Below, piece by piece: positions 1-12,400 of a stretch of DNA of 64,000 nt. The translations under genes were made by a program, and so were the position numbers. Origin of the DNA: Haliotis rufescens (lineage: Eukaryota); NCBI RefSeq assembly GCF_023055435.1, contig NW_025963813.1, positions 16,554,001 to 16,618,000 on the forward strand, read 5' to 3'. The notes beneath the pieces are model-generated. The model ran no database searches. It had not been told where the DNA came from and worked only from the letters and a program-made list of their open reading frames with translations. How positions within the stretch are numbered: the stretch's first letter is position 1; every line of letters starts with the position of its first letter.

Positions 1-870
1 CATACATCTGATAAATAACTTCATTGTCAAGTAATCTGAAAACAGAATTATGAGTTGTTTTCAAGAAAATTCATTTGTAGAGGAAATGCAACTTTTTTAG
101 AGAATGACCCATATATTGTCACAGCCTTTTAAGATACACCAACTAAATCGATCAATTCACGCTTATGTTACCTACGATTTGGATTTCTTTGGTTATTTTA
201 TGATCAAGCATGAAATGTGTCATTTTCAAATTGCATGACGTGGTATAAGGAAATAAGTAAAACAAGACCCGTATAGATTCCGGGTAGGCCTTCAGCATCC
301 CATGCATCATCGGGCAGTGGATGCTTGTTCTGTGATGCATTGGGTAAGCTGATCTTCCCCTCCATGGCGTCTCCTGACAGCACTTTGTAAATTAATAAAC
401 TGTGGTACTCACAGGTGCTTACATCCTGAGCTCTTTTCTGCGAAACGTTTGCGATGCAAAATGATACGTTACGGTAGGTAATCAAAATACAGCAGTTATT
501 AGGCAAATGTACCACGTGTATTTCATAATGGTACCACGTTACGGAAACGTATTGTCGTTATTCTCCAGACATGCCGCGGTAATTCCCCCAAAGTTTTGCG
601 GAGATGCCGCAGTGGAGACGTGAGTAATTGTGAGAAGTACTGTAGTCATGAACTTTTGTGCTGACTTATAAATACATTTTATTTAATTTCTGAACAATAA
701 CACTGTGCATTATGTGTGTTCTTTTTCGTATGAAAGAGTACACTGACTTTTGTATGTATATCCAATATGTTTTGATATGAAATGTTGGTCTTTTTTATAC
801 AAAATTATAGCAATGACAACAGTATCTGAGTGGATTTAGACTATCACAGCTTGTTAAATATTGAATAGTA
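1..870 (-). repeat. Segmental duplicate of ~14244-15120: Sola-like right end plus first-exon/promoter block of a neighbouring SLC17 paralog lying left of the window
   Basis: 1-276 and 302-720 are near-identical to 14244-14520 and 14690-15107, including the same transposon-to-flank junction (agaatgaccc|atatattg). The ATG exon (MEGKISLPNASQNKHPLPDDA) is present but its splice donor is deleted. Confidence 0.85.
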
Positions 871-1191
871 TGTCTAGGAGATGTGTTCTCGTTACCTTAG
901 GCTAGCATCTATCTAAAAAGCTATAATTGAAACTACTGATATTTTATATACATTTTTATCTGATGATATGTATTACTTGCTAAACAATTATCATGTGAAA
1001 TGATGTATAAATATTACACCATGATAACTCATAAAAGCATTTCATGTGGATCTAATTATTATAGGAAAACTTAGTTTAAATGTTATATCATGATAGAAGA
1101 TTGATTAAGGTCGTAGAAATGGTCTAACTGTTGATGAAGAATGTCCTGGAATATCCTGTTATGTCCAATCCGTAGCTGATTGGACCATCAT

Positions 1192-4100
1192 TTATAGATT
1201 GGTTGACATGAATGTCGTGTTGTTTTTAGGCCTCCCGTTGATAACAACATCATTGGTCACCCCCCCTGTTACATCCCGCCCCTCCCCCTCCTCCACGTCC
1301 ACCGTCGCCTGTTCCACGGCCCAGGGCTGCAGCTCCCCCCTGGCCTGGGTGCCAAACACCAAAGTTCCAAGGATGCAGACTCCCCCACAGACGTAGAACA
1401 CGTTCCGCCATTCTTCCTGAGTTTTCTGTAAGAAGAGAAAGTCGATGGATCTGCTTTTACGTCATGTTCTTGAGTCGCACCATGTCCGTGCTCACGGTTA
1501 ATGTTTAAAATCTGCAATATTCTTCCCAAGTCAAGCTGACATTCCATGACCTTACTGAAATACTGCAGCGTTGAGGTGTTGAACGTTGAGCTTGTAAAAT
1601 TCCATAGGCCCGTATAGGGAGTTTACATGTTACAAGGGGCGGCGGGGTAGCCTTGTGGTTAAATCGTTCGCTTGTCACGCCGAGAGCCCGGGTTCGATTC
1701 CCCACATGTGTACAGCCCATGTGTGAAGCCCATATCTGGTGTCCCCCGCCCGTGATACTGCTCAAATATTTCCAAAAGTGGCGTAAAACCACACTCACTC
1801 ACTCACAAAACTAAACTGTTAAAAAACTTATTCTCGGTAAAATATTTGGGTTCCACTTGAGCATTTTTTTGGCCGAAATCGATCTTTCAGTATGGTACCT
1901 CGAGTGTCGAACAGGGCCAATTTTGACGTGACAAGCAAGTGACGTCACGTCAAAATGTATGACGTCATCGTATCCGTAATGGTCGCCCATTTACATACTG
2001 TTAAATTACAAGACGGCGACTGACCTGGCCAGTCAGGTAGATAGATTATTTAACTTAAAACAATAATAAATTTCCCACAGTGAGCTCTTTGTAACGTACA
2101 TGATATGTAAACAGCCTAAATAACGTCGACTAGGATAAACTTTTAGCGTTATGCTCACTGCAAACTAACAGTAAAATAATGATCAAATCTGCGTTAAACC
2201 CAACTCACTCACACACTTACATTCGGTGTTAGGATGCCGGCAAGGAGAGGTGCTAACATCCCTGGTGTTGTTGCAACAGTGTTAGAAATACCGAACAATA
2301 TTCCAGCGTATCTGAAACGAAAATTCCATGTTCATAATTTGAATCCTTTCATTTCTTTGAAGAAGAATTATTATTTACGGGTCGGCATAGAAAAGCTCGC
2401 TAATTTATAAATAGTCTTGCGTTATCTGTAACATGAAAATGTCTCAAAAGCTGCCTGCTATTAAATAATAGTTAAGTGAATAAATTGAGTATGCATTTCA
2501 AAGCCGATTTGTAAAAAGCTGAAGTCAACAAAGAGAACCACCTTTAAGATCTTATAAGATCAGTATTATTGTGTTGAAACACCCTCCACAACTGAGAAAG
2601 TCTCCAAGATTTTTACTGTTTAAAGCTCGCCTAAAACCTCTTCCTGATCTCTCTTTAACGTTTTTCAATGCGATGGAGCGCTTCCAGCATGCATTGCGCA
2701 TGGAGAATTTCGCGATAGAAGTTTTGGGTTTGGGTGATCCTGGCACAGTCAGGCTGGTTAGGCTCATCATCAGCTCAGGGCACTTGCCTCCTCTACACGC
2801 AGTCCAGACAGCGAATGGGACTTCTTCCAGGAAGCGCTGCCTTGTCAAACCCACCCAGAACTTTTCGGAGAATGTGAAGACTCCCTAAGACTGCAGCCTT
2901 CTGTATTACACACATCGTCAGAAGGGCTGTATTCCTGGTAGCAAACCCGGCTACTCTCCCAATGTCATTCAACAGATTGGGAGGGTCCAAACCCAAGGCA
3001 CCGAGACAATTATTATTATTATTATTATTATTAGTAGTAGTAGTAGTATTATTCAGATGTGTGTGTAATAGCATTAGTTTCCGGGGGCTTTTCCCACAAG
3101 TTTCGCAGAATCAACCTGCCTTGGAGCAAAGTCGGCGGTGTTGACCAGCACTCCGGCTGTCGTCAATCCCATGAATGCCATTGCAGCTGCTAACAGAAAT
3201 ACTGCAAAATATCGCTTCTCAGCGTCCATAAAGCCTGTGCCAACCAGACACGCACCTGCCCCAAGGAATGCTGCAATTAAAATAGTAACATTCTAAAGTG
3301 AACAGGACTATGACTTTCTTGGATGATGACTTCCCGGCTGTTCGTGATTTAGGAGCCAAATGTGAAGGTTCTCCACTGATGGGTCGAGGTGTGTACATGT
3401 TCAACTTGTAAAATCCCATATACCCAAACATGTAACAACTTTATCATTACAGATTCACTTACAGTAAGACTTATTTTCGGTAAATAATACATCTATACTG
3501 TGACAGCCTGTCAGTACGGTGACTGAAAGCAGGATCATTTATGACGTGACGTGCAAGTGACGTTTCGTCTTTGAAAAGAACCTTTTAAAAGATGATCGTG
3601 TGGAGCCCATTTATGGTTTCCCCCGCTGTGATATTGCTGGAATATTGCTAATAGCCTATTTACTCACTCACTCACTCACTCACTCTGAAAGATGTTCAAT
3701 AATTGAATATTTACGCACGCCCTCCCATTTAAAAGTATACAGTTTGTTTCAGTTTCATTTTTTAACATTTTTATAATTTTCAAACAGACCACACAGTAAA
3801 CACAATACTGACCGGTAGAGTGATGGGGTAGCCTAGCGGTAAAAGCGTTAAGCCCAGGTTCGATTCCCAAATGGAAACCCATGATCTGTTATCGCAGCTA
3901 GATATTGCTGGAATTGGGCAAAAAAGAAAGGAATTAAAACCATACTCACTTACCAATACTCTGAAATATCCGCCGAGTGGCTGTTGTGCTGAGGTATTTC
4001 CTTGACCGGAGATAGTCTGAGACCTGACCGGCCAGCAGCCCAAAAACAGTCTGGCTGGTAGAGGGGACGGCGGACAACAACCCGTTCTAGGTGGAGAGAA

Positions 4101-6401
4101 TGGTATACGCATCTCTCTCTTATTAATACATCAGCCTGTTATAGCCACAATAACACAATAAAAACGTTGCACGCAAATTCGGATGAAGTCGCATCACAGA
4201 AAGCTACAAATCTACCATAATGGTTCCAGTCAATATTCATCAAATGGCATTATTTTCTGTGTTCATGCCATGTGATTTCCGAAAAATAAAGACTACTTAT
4301 AGAATGGAAATGTTGTTTGTGAAAAACAAGTTTAGCCATTTAAAGGTATATTCTATAAAACCAAATGTCTTCACATATAGTTTGCATGTTGTTTGTCAGT
4401 CAATCCCCATCTCTCTGCTGCTCATTAGAGGCGTCTAAACTTATTCGAATGCCATTTAGAAAGTGGCCAAATGTAACAAACCCAGTGTGGTTTCGAATTC
4501 CGGACGGGACTCGGTTTAAAAAATACAAGAATCTGTACTTTACAAAGAAAGTGTTATCCCATATATAACGTTTGTCAGATTTGCTTGTTTGCTTGTCAAC
4601 CGACACTGACAGCTTTTGAAGTTGCAAATAATATCAACCAGTTTTTTGCTTTCGTCCACTTTCGATTATTTACAGCCGGCCGTGATACAGCTGAGCGTGG
4701 TGTTACCCAATAAATTAACAGACGGGCACACGAAAATGTACATACCTCTGCTATATCAAAGTTCAGAACCTCCTTGAAAAACGTAGGTGTATTGGTCGTC
4801 AGAGTGTACACGAGCCAGGCGAAACACACATGTCCGACTACAAACGCCCGAAACGCGGGAGACACCAAAATGGCCGCCCATGGCGTTTTGTAAGTCTGCA
4901 AATTAAGGATTTAACGGTATGTTCATTCTGAATAAAGTCACTAATAATAAAGTCATTAATTTGATGGAACATAGTTATTAAGAGGATTGATAAAATAAAT
5001 AAAATATACGCATAAACATAAAACTTGTTTGAGGCCATCATAAATTTAGATAATGTAACAAATGAATACATTTATGTGTTGAAAACTAAACCCTGCCTAC
5101 ATAAATAATATAAACCTACTGAAGACCATTGAATGCAAGGATTGTTCACAGGTGAATAATTCCTCATCTTATTTTATTTTATCAACAAGAAAGTAGTTTG
5201 CAGTAATTTGTATTATTTTGTAAACCTAGTTAAATTTTAACACAATTGTTAATTGTATAACATTTCGTTGTAATTTCTTGGCTTCACACTCAAATTCAAA
5301 CACTAGATTTCTGGGTTAACTTTTTGTTTCAGTTATGAAGTCGACACTCATCAGTATATAAGAATAAAGACGACAACGAGTGATAAATAAACAATGAGAT
5401 AAACATTAAAAACCTGCGATGTCTCCCCTATTCCCTGAATAATGTAGTTCCGCTCCCTCTTCGAGATTCGAGGATGCTGAGCTGGTGTGCTGGCGATCGT
5501 TATATACCACAGGCAGCACCATAACATCGATATAGCTCCTGTAGACATAGACACGTACACGACAGATAAACATGTATTATCTACGTTATATCATGAAGGT
5601 TATCACATAATACAAGGACGTGTACCAGTACAGTTGTCTCCACATTTAAAGTGAACCCCCTTTAAGTCGGACAATACAGTTCCCCCGAACACCATCCGGA
5701 GTAACCAGTTTTCGGGTTAACGAATCAGTGTCAAGAAATACTTCTGACAGTTTCTGCCGTTTAAACTGTTGACGTTCGACATGTTGGTTTCCGCATTACT
5801 GAAATTTCCAAGCCATAACAAAATGAACTAGTCAATTTAGTACGTTGTTTGACAGTTCATTGCAAGTGAATTTGGTCTGTTGAGGCCGTTTGAATGTTGG
5901 TGACAGCCTGTTGAACGTGAAAGGGGTCCAGATGGACAAAGAAATGGAATAGAACGAGTACCGAGCAGTCATCAAGTTTTTGACTTCAGAGAATAATAAT
6001 GATAAGTGCATTTAAATGCGCCAGATTCCATTCACCAAATGGATGCTAATAGCGCTACACTATTATTACCCCGGTCAATGGATCAGAGAGCACTCGATTT
6101 ACATTTTCAGCTCACCCAAATGTTAACCTCAAGAAATTCATAAATTCACTTGAGGAAGACACGGGTCTAAGCCATGGATACATTGAAACTATTATTCATG
6201 AACATTTACAGATGAATAAGATATCTGCTTGTTGGGTCTCAAACTTTCTAAATTATTATCCTAAGGAAAATAGAACTGACATTGCCAGAGAAAATTTAGA
6301 GCTAATTGAGGAGGATTTCGCCCAATTAAAAAAGAGATTAGTGATCCCGAGTGAAAACGTCAGTCCATGTAATGGCACCTTTCCACTTATTTCCACAGTA
6401 T

Positions 6402-6455
<54 letters not shown>

Positions 6456-9400
6456 TATGATTACCTGGAACATAGAAAATGGACCCCCAGCCATTATCGA
6501 AACCATAGATGCACATATATCCTGATATTGTGAACGTGGCTATGATTCCAAACGAAAATCCTGGAAGGTAGAAGTAAAACAGTTTTCAATATGTATTTTA
6601 AAATTCACAATTACTATCATTATTATTATTATTATTATTATTATTAACATGTTTACTCCGGGCTTTCCTCCAAATTCAAGCTTACACGCCGTATTCACTT
6701 AAATACTACTCAATGAAGCGTTTAACCTGTCTCGGACACACTTTTCTAAATATATTAGAGATTACCTCGATTATTTTCACAGTGGTAAAGCTTGGGTATC
6801 GTTAAACATACCAGGTTTCACTCCTATTCCTATTACTATTGGAAATATTAAATCTTTTTTGCCTGGTAGCTTTTGGGAAATAGCTGTTTCAACATGTGTT
6901 ACATTCTGACTTTTCTTCTCAGTTTTATCTGAAGTTTAATTCCCAACGTGTATGTCATCATCAATGACAACTCGCACTGACCTGAATAGCAGATAGCTGT
7001 AAGTATGGTTCTCTCCAATGGCGGCGCCCATCTGCCAATCATGGACTGTATAGTCGGGTTAAAGACTCCCTGGGGAGTGCAACAAAAAATGGCATAGTCT
7101 TGTGACGGTTTATTGTAAACATTCGTTTTTAAATTGTTGATTTATTTATTTATTTGTAGGTCTAATAATGTCAAACAAGCGTAACACGCCATTTTTTAAT
7201 GATATCGCATTCTCGCACTTTTTGAAAACTTTCAAATGTCGAGATTGCCAGATCTTACATTATTCCATACTTGTTGGACCAACGGAATGAATTGCCTTTG
7301 TTCTAACGAAATGTATGGTGGCGTATCTGTGACGTCTTACCAATTTAATTTTTTTTTGCGTTATGGTTGTATTTTAAAGGATTCTAGCTTGATATTCAAT
7401 GTAATTCAATATACCCTTATCTGTGTTTAATGTTTGTGTTTCGGGAGATTTTATGAATATGCAGTTGTTGTTTTTTTATTTGACAAAAAGACGTTTTCGG
7501 GGAACGATTGGCCCAGTCGTCTAAGGCTCCGCGATTCGTTGTGCAGAGTTACGTCCCTTGGGCACGCCAGAAAGATATGATTGTGGGTTCGAATCCCTGT
7601 TCGCCCCGATTATGTTTCTAGGTTTGTCAGCACCATACCCGTGCTCGTGGGTTTCACCGAAGTGGTAAACGTCTGAGACCTGTATCACTTTGGGCTTTCC
7701 TCCCACATTAAGCTAGCGCTGACACGCCGTGATATTACTGAAATACTATTAAAAGCGGCGTTAAACGCAACTCAATCACTCAATCACTTAAAGACGTTTT
7801 AAGATACACATTTCTCTTCTCTTTTGCATTTTCGGTTTTTTGTTATTTGAAAACGTGCAAAACTCCTAACGAAAACGTGTAATACACGGTGTATTTTGAA
7901 AACACATACATTGAAATTGCGAAAAGATTTCATTGTGTTTTAAGGGCCACGTTGGAGATGAGGTAACCATCATCACTATCAACACTTTCATTGGAATACT
8001 ACATCATCATCAAAAGGTTAACAGCAAACTTTTTTGTCAGGCCGTTCCGAAATACTTACTGAAACATACATGGACATATATTGCTCGACATTGCCACATG
8101 AAACACGCGTCGCCATGTGGCTGAAATATACCGATGCGACGTTAAATTTTAACTCACTTACTCATAGGACACTCCTGTTGTGTGTCTTCCTAATCCAGTC
8201 AAAACTACGTCTTTCAACCTACCATGGCCAGCCCAAGAATCACCCTCAGTGCATACACCAGATAGATGGACGTCCGGGCGCTGATTGGTAGAAGCAATGA
8301 GGCGGTCGAGCCAATCAGCATCCCAATAAACATGACGTTTTTCCCGCCATATTTCGCGGCCAGTATTCCAGATGGAATCTGTGTTACCATGTACCCATAG
8401 TAATACGCGCTGAGAATTCCAGACTGTTCTCCCTTAGACCAGTAGAACTCCGCATTCTAGAAATACAGTTTGTGTCTCAACATTAGTTAGAGAAATCACC
8501 AATTATTGATTGGCATTCTAGTAGTTGGTGAGTTAGTACGAAAACGTACAGCTTCTGGTTTATTGCATATTGCGACGTTTCGATGTAGATTCTTTCCCCG
8601 TTTTCAAGCTGGAGTGATAACAATCAAGTGACACAGTAAATGTCTTTCACGTGCATGTTGATCGCAATCCAGAAAGTGACACTAAACTGTAATGCTATAA
8701 GTCGTAATGAACAATTTTCCGTAGGTTCTGAAACTCCCATTACACTGGGACCCCTTTCCAGTTTAAATGTAGTTGTTTGTTTCTATTAAAATTATATATT
8801 TTCAGAGACTATGAATGTACCTCTGATTGTGTTTGTATTGTCTTTGTACCGTTGATGTAGTTGCCGGTGGTGTCGTTGACCATGCACACGATGGCCATGC
8901 TGAGATTTGACCTGTTGGTCTCAACCATAACTCCCCCCAAAAAAACCATTAATACCACAATCAGTCTTTGAGAACAGCATATCGAATCTGAAAATAGAGA
9001 CGTTGTTTGCCATTAGTGCAGGGTTAAACAACAAATATACCAACAAACAAACCAACAAACAATCCGATGTTGGTAAATAAACAGCAATTCTAAAACTACT
9101 TTCCCATCTCCTCACAGAATAAAATGAAGGCATCGCTTTCACTTATGTTGTAGATATATACGTGATTGTCTGTTTAAGGGCTCCAACTTTCTTTAAACGT
9201 CCCATGCCTCCAACAATAACAAATGGCCAATCGCTTATTTCGCATACGTACGGTTCGAGTGTTCTGCATCATCGGACAATGGATGGTTGTTCTGAGATGC
9301 AGTGGGTAAGCTGATCTTCCCCTCTATGGCGCTCCCTTTTTAGAAGTTCACATCACATTAATTAATGTTTTAATACTCTATGAATGTACTTTACTGCTTT

Positions 9401-12400
9401 CAAGTGCTTACCTCGAGTGCTCCTTTTTGCAAAACAACCCGGTAATTAGGCAAATATTCCATAGTTATTTCATAAAGGCACGATATTGATTATGCAAAAC
9501 GTATTGTGGTTATTCCACAATCAAGAATCATGCCGCGGTAATTTCCCAAACTTTTGCGGAGTACCGCGGTGAAGAGGTGAGTAGTTGTGAGCAATGGTGG
9601 ATTTCTGTGCGCGACTTTATGACGTGCTGTTTCATTTAATTTGTGAACAATAAAACAGTATTTTTGTATGAATGAGTGCATTAAACATTTGTATGCATAT
9701 CCAATAGCTTTGTATGAAATGTTGATGTTTTAACACAATTTATTACACTGACAACAGTGCCTGAGTGTAACTAGATTCTTGAAGATGAAAATCTTATATG
9801 GGTCATTCTCTAAAAAAGTAACATTTTGGCCTATGAAAAAATAACAAATCAAAATTCATTTTTGAAATGTTTTCATTGAGCAGATAAATAACATAACAAA
9901 TTACTTTAAGTGTAAAGTGTGCAGGCTTAATGTCTTTTTTTCTTACACACCTGTGGGTGAGACACCCATTTGAGATAACTGGTATCAAACATATGTGTGA
10001 GATCGAATTCCAGGCCCCTGATTGGTTACTCCATGGTGATGACCTGAGGTCAGATGATGACGGACTACTTTCCTGAGTGTAATTCATAAGTTGCTCGTGC
10101 TTCAGTCGAATGTTCACCCTCGTACGTCTGTATTGAACCACACTCCGGCGAAGTCGAATAAAATTCAAAATACATCACGCAGACTAATACACTTCACAGT
10201 TTTGAATTCCACCTTCTGTTTATCATTTACTGTCATTTAAGCCAATTCAAAATTACTGAAAGTGACTTCTGGAAATTAGGTACATGTAAATCTCGCCAAA
10301 TCACAATTTACGGCATTATGTAGATATTTACTGTGTGTTTAGAAATCTAAATATCGGATATTTACTCGAATAATTAAAGTGGAAAAATAGCATATTAGCG
10401 ATCACGGGTATCAAATCACTAATGATAATTTTGAAACGTCGCTTATAAGCCTAGAATCGTTTAGAATGTTTGCGAAAATACGCATACACGAACGACGAAG
10501 TGTACGTTCCGCCATATTGGATTGTGTTTACAAAATGCAGGTTATGAGACGCCTATTCGATCAGGTATATTTCAAACTCAGCTGCTATACATGCATCCCT
10601 GAATTCCTCATACATTTTCGAAGCAATGGATAAATGGTCTTTGTCACCAATGCAAATTATCTAGGTGAAATCATGAGAAATACATTAGGTATGGAAACGA
10701 AAACTGTGCTCGAAAAACTCGGAAAATTGCTGAATTGTAAACAAAGCAAAATTCAGATTTTACACTGTGTAGCATGTTTAGAGGTACTTTCATCTAATTG
10801 TTGCATACATTGGCTCGATCACGGGTTTGAGAATATTCATGGGAAAAGTATCGTTGCACTAATTATGGAAATATACATTACAATGATGTGGTAAATTCAA
10901 CAGGAGTCGTAAAAGTTTCCGTCCTGTGTGAGGCCATGACTGACGCTAAATCACGCACAACGATGACGGTAGTTATCTGCATTTCTGACTAATTCTCTTT
11001 GTTACATTGGAAAACACGGTAAACAAATAACAGTACGCAGATTGTCAGAATGTTTCTGATTACTTACGTGACGCATTTATGTGTATACGATCCCTCAATC
11101 AACGAAAATCCTCCTCTGGAAATCCCGCTTACTGTTGTCAGTGAACACGCCATTTTGTAAGTAAGTCGGTAACCGGTAGTGATGTCTTACGGAAGTAAAC
11201 ATTGTTGTACATATTTGGTAATTTCTTTGAGGTGTAAACTTTAAACTTGGCGCACAGCATGTTCTTTGTTTTTGTCTAGTTTGCATTTTTATCATCGCCT
11301 TGATAATCCACAGATATGACTGAAACCTTTTTGTGTAGGGTCACATTATTTATGAATAGTAAGCAGCACATAGGATGACGTCACTTATGACAATGGTGTT
11401 ATGTATTAATGCGCTACTGCAATCATGAGAATAGACAAAATGCATCGGTTTGATGCTAAAAAGGTGCGATTTTAGGGTGTGTAAGAAACAGATTACTGCA
11501 CTCGTGCCTGTCAGATACCATTGATCTTACAACTCGTTGTTACAAAGCGTATCTAACTCGCTTTCGCTCGTTAGATACGTTTTGAAACAACTCGTTGTAA
11601 GATCAATGGTATCTGACAGACACTCGTGTAGTAATCTCTATTTCCTTTTTGTAGAAAACTATTTTTGGCATCTCTGTACCAAATGTCTGTGCTGTTACCG
11701 TGCATAAAATTCAGTTTTTGTCTCCGAAAATAAATCTAAAATGAATTACATTTATGAAATGGTTGTTGCATTTTGGCACAGTTCATAAACCAACAGCTAT
11801 AAAATTTCATTCATTGGGTTTACTAAATTATTAGACTGTAAATATATGCATACAATGAAATTATTAGCAGAAAGATGAAAGATAAACTTGTCTACTGCTT
11901 ACACTAAAATGGAACTACCATTATTCTATAAGGTAATAATAGTTATTACACTCACTTTATGAATTATATATATTTCTGTCAGCAGAGTTGAAACAATTAT
12001 AACTTTTGAGATGCAGAAACCTGGTGACAGGAAATACATTCATGGTAACAGGACAGACAACATCGTAACAGGAAAGACAACATATTTTGTAATTGCCAAA
12101 ACTATAATAACTAATTCTGTGTTTAGGAAGCAAAGGTAGTCAAAATGAAGGAAACTCAATGAAAGTGCACTTCAAAGTGTTAGGTGTATTTTGTATGAGA
12201 CACTAGTTAAATAAAAACATGAGGTTTGGTAACAGCACAGACAAGCAAACATTCATAAACAAATCTTATGTGGAATTGCTCATCTCAAAAATAGAACTTG
12301 GTCAGAAACTATACCAACAACCTTAATGGCACTTCTTGAGGTTATTATGCTTATTCCAAGCAAAAGCCTGAAGGGACATGAGAATAGTCAACTTTCAAAA

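Noticed and set aside
1636-1706. tRNA-Asp-like gene, and similar heads at 20949, 28739, 36190 and 49564
   Set aside because: The acceptor stem does not close and each head runs into a shared body and (ACTC)n tail, several with TSDs. These are SINE heads, not tRNAs.
8060-8120. Exon-like segment with good AG/GT sites in SLC17 intron 3
   Set aside because: 61 nt long and frameshifting, with no SLC17 similarity; the flanking exons join in frame without it.
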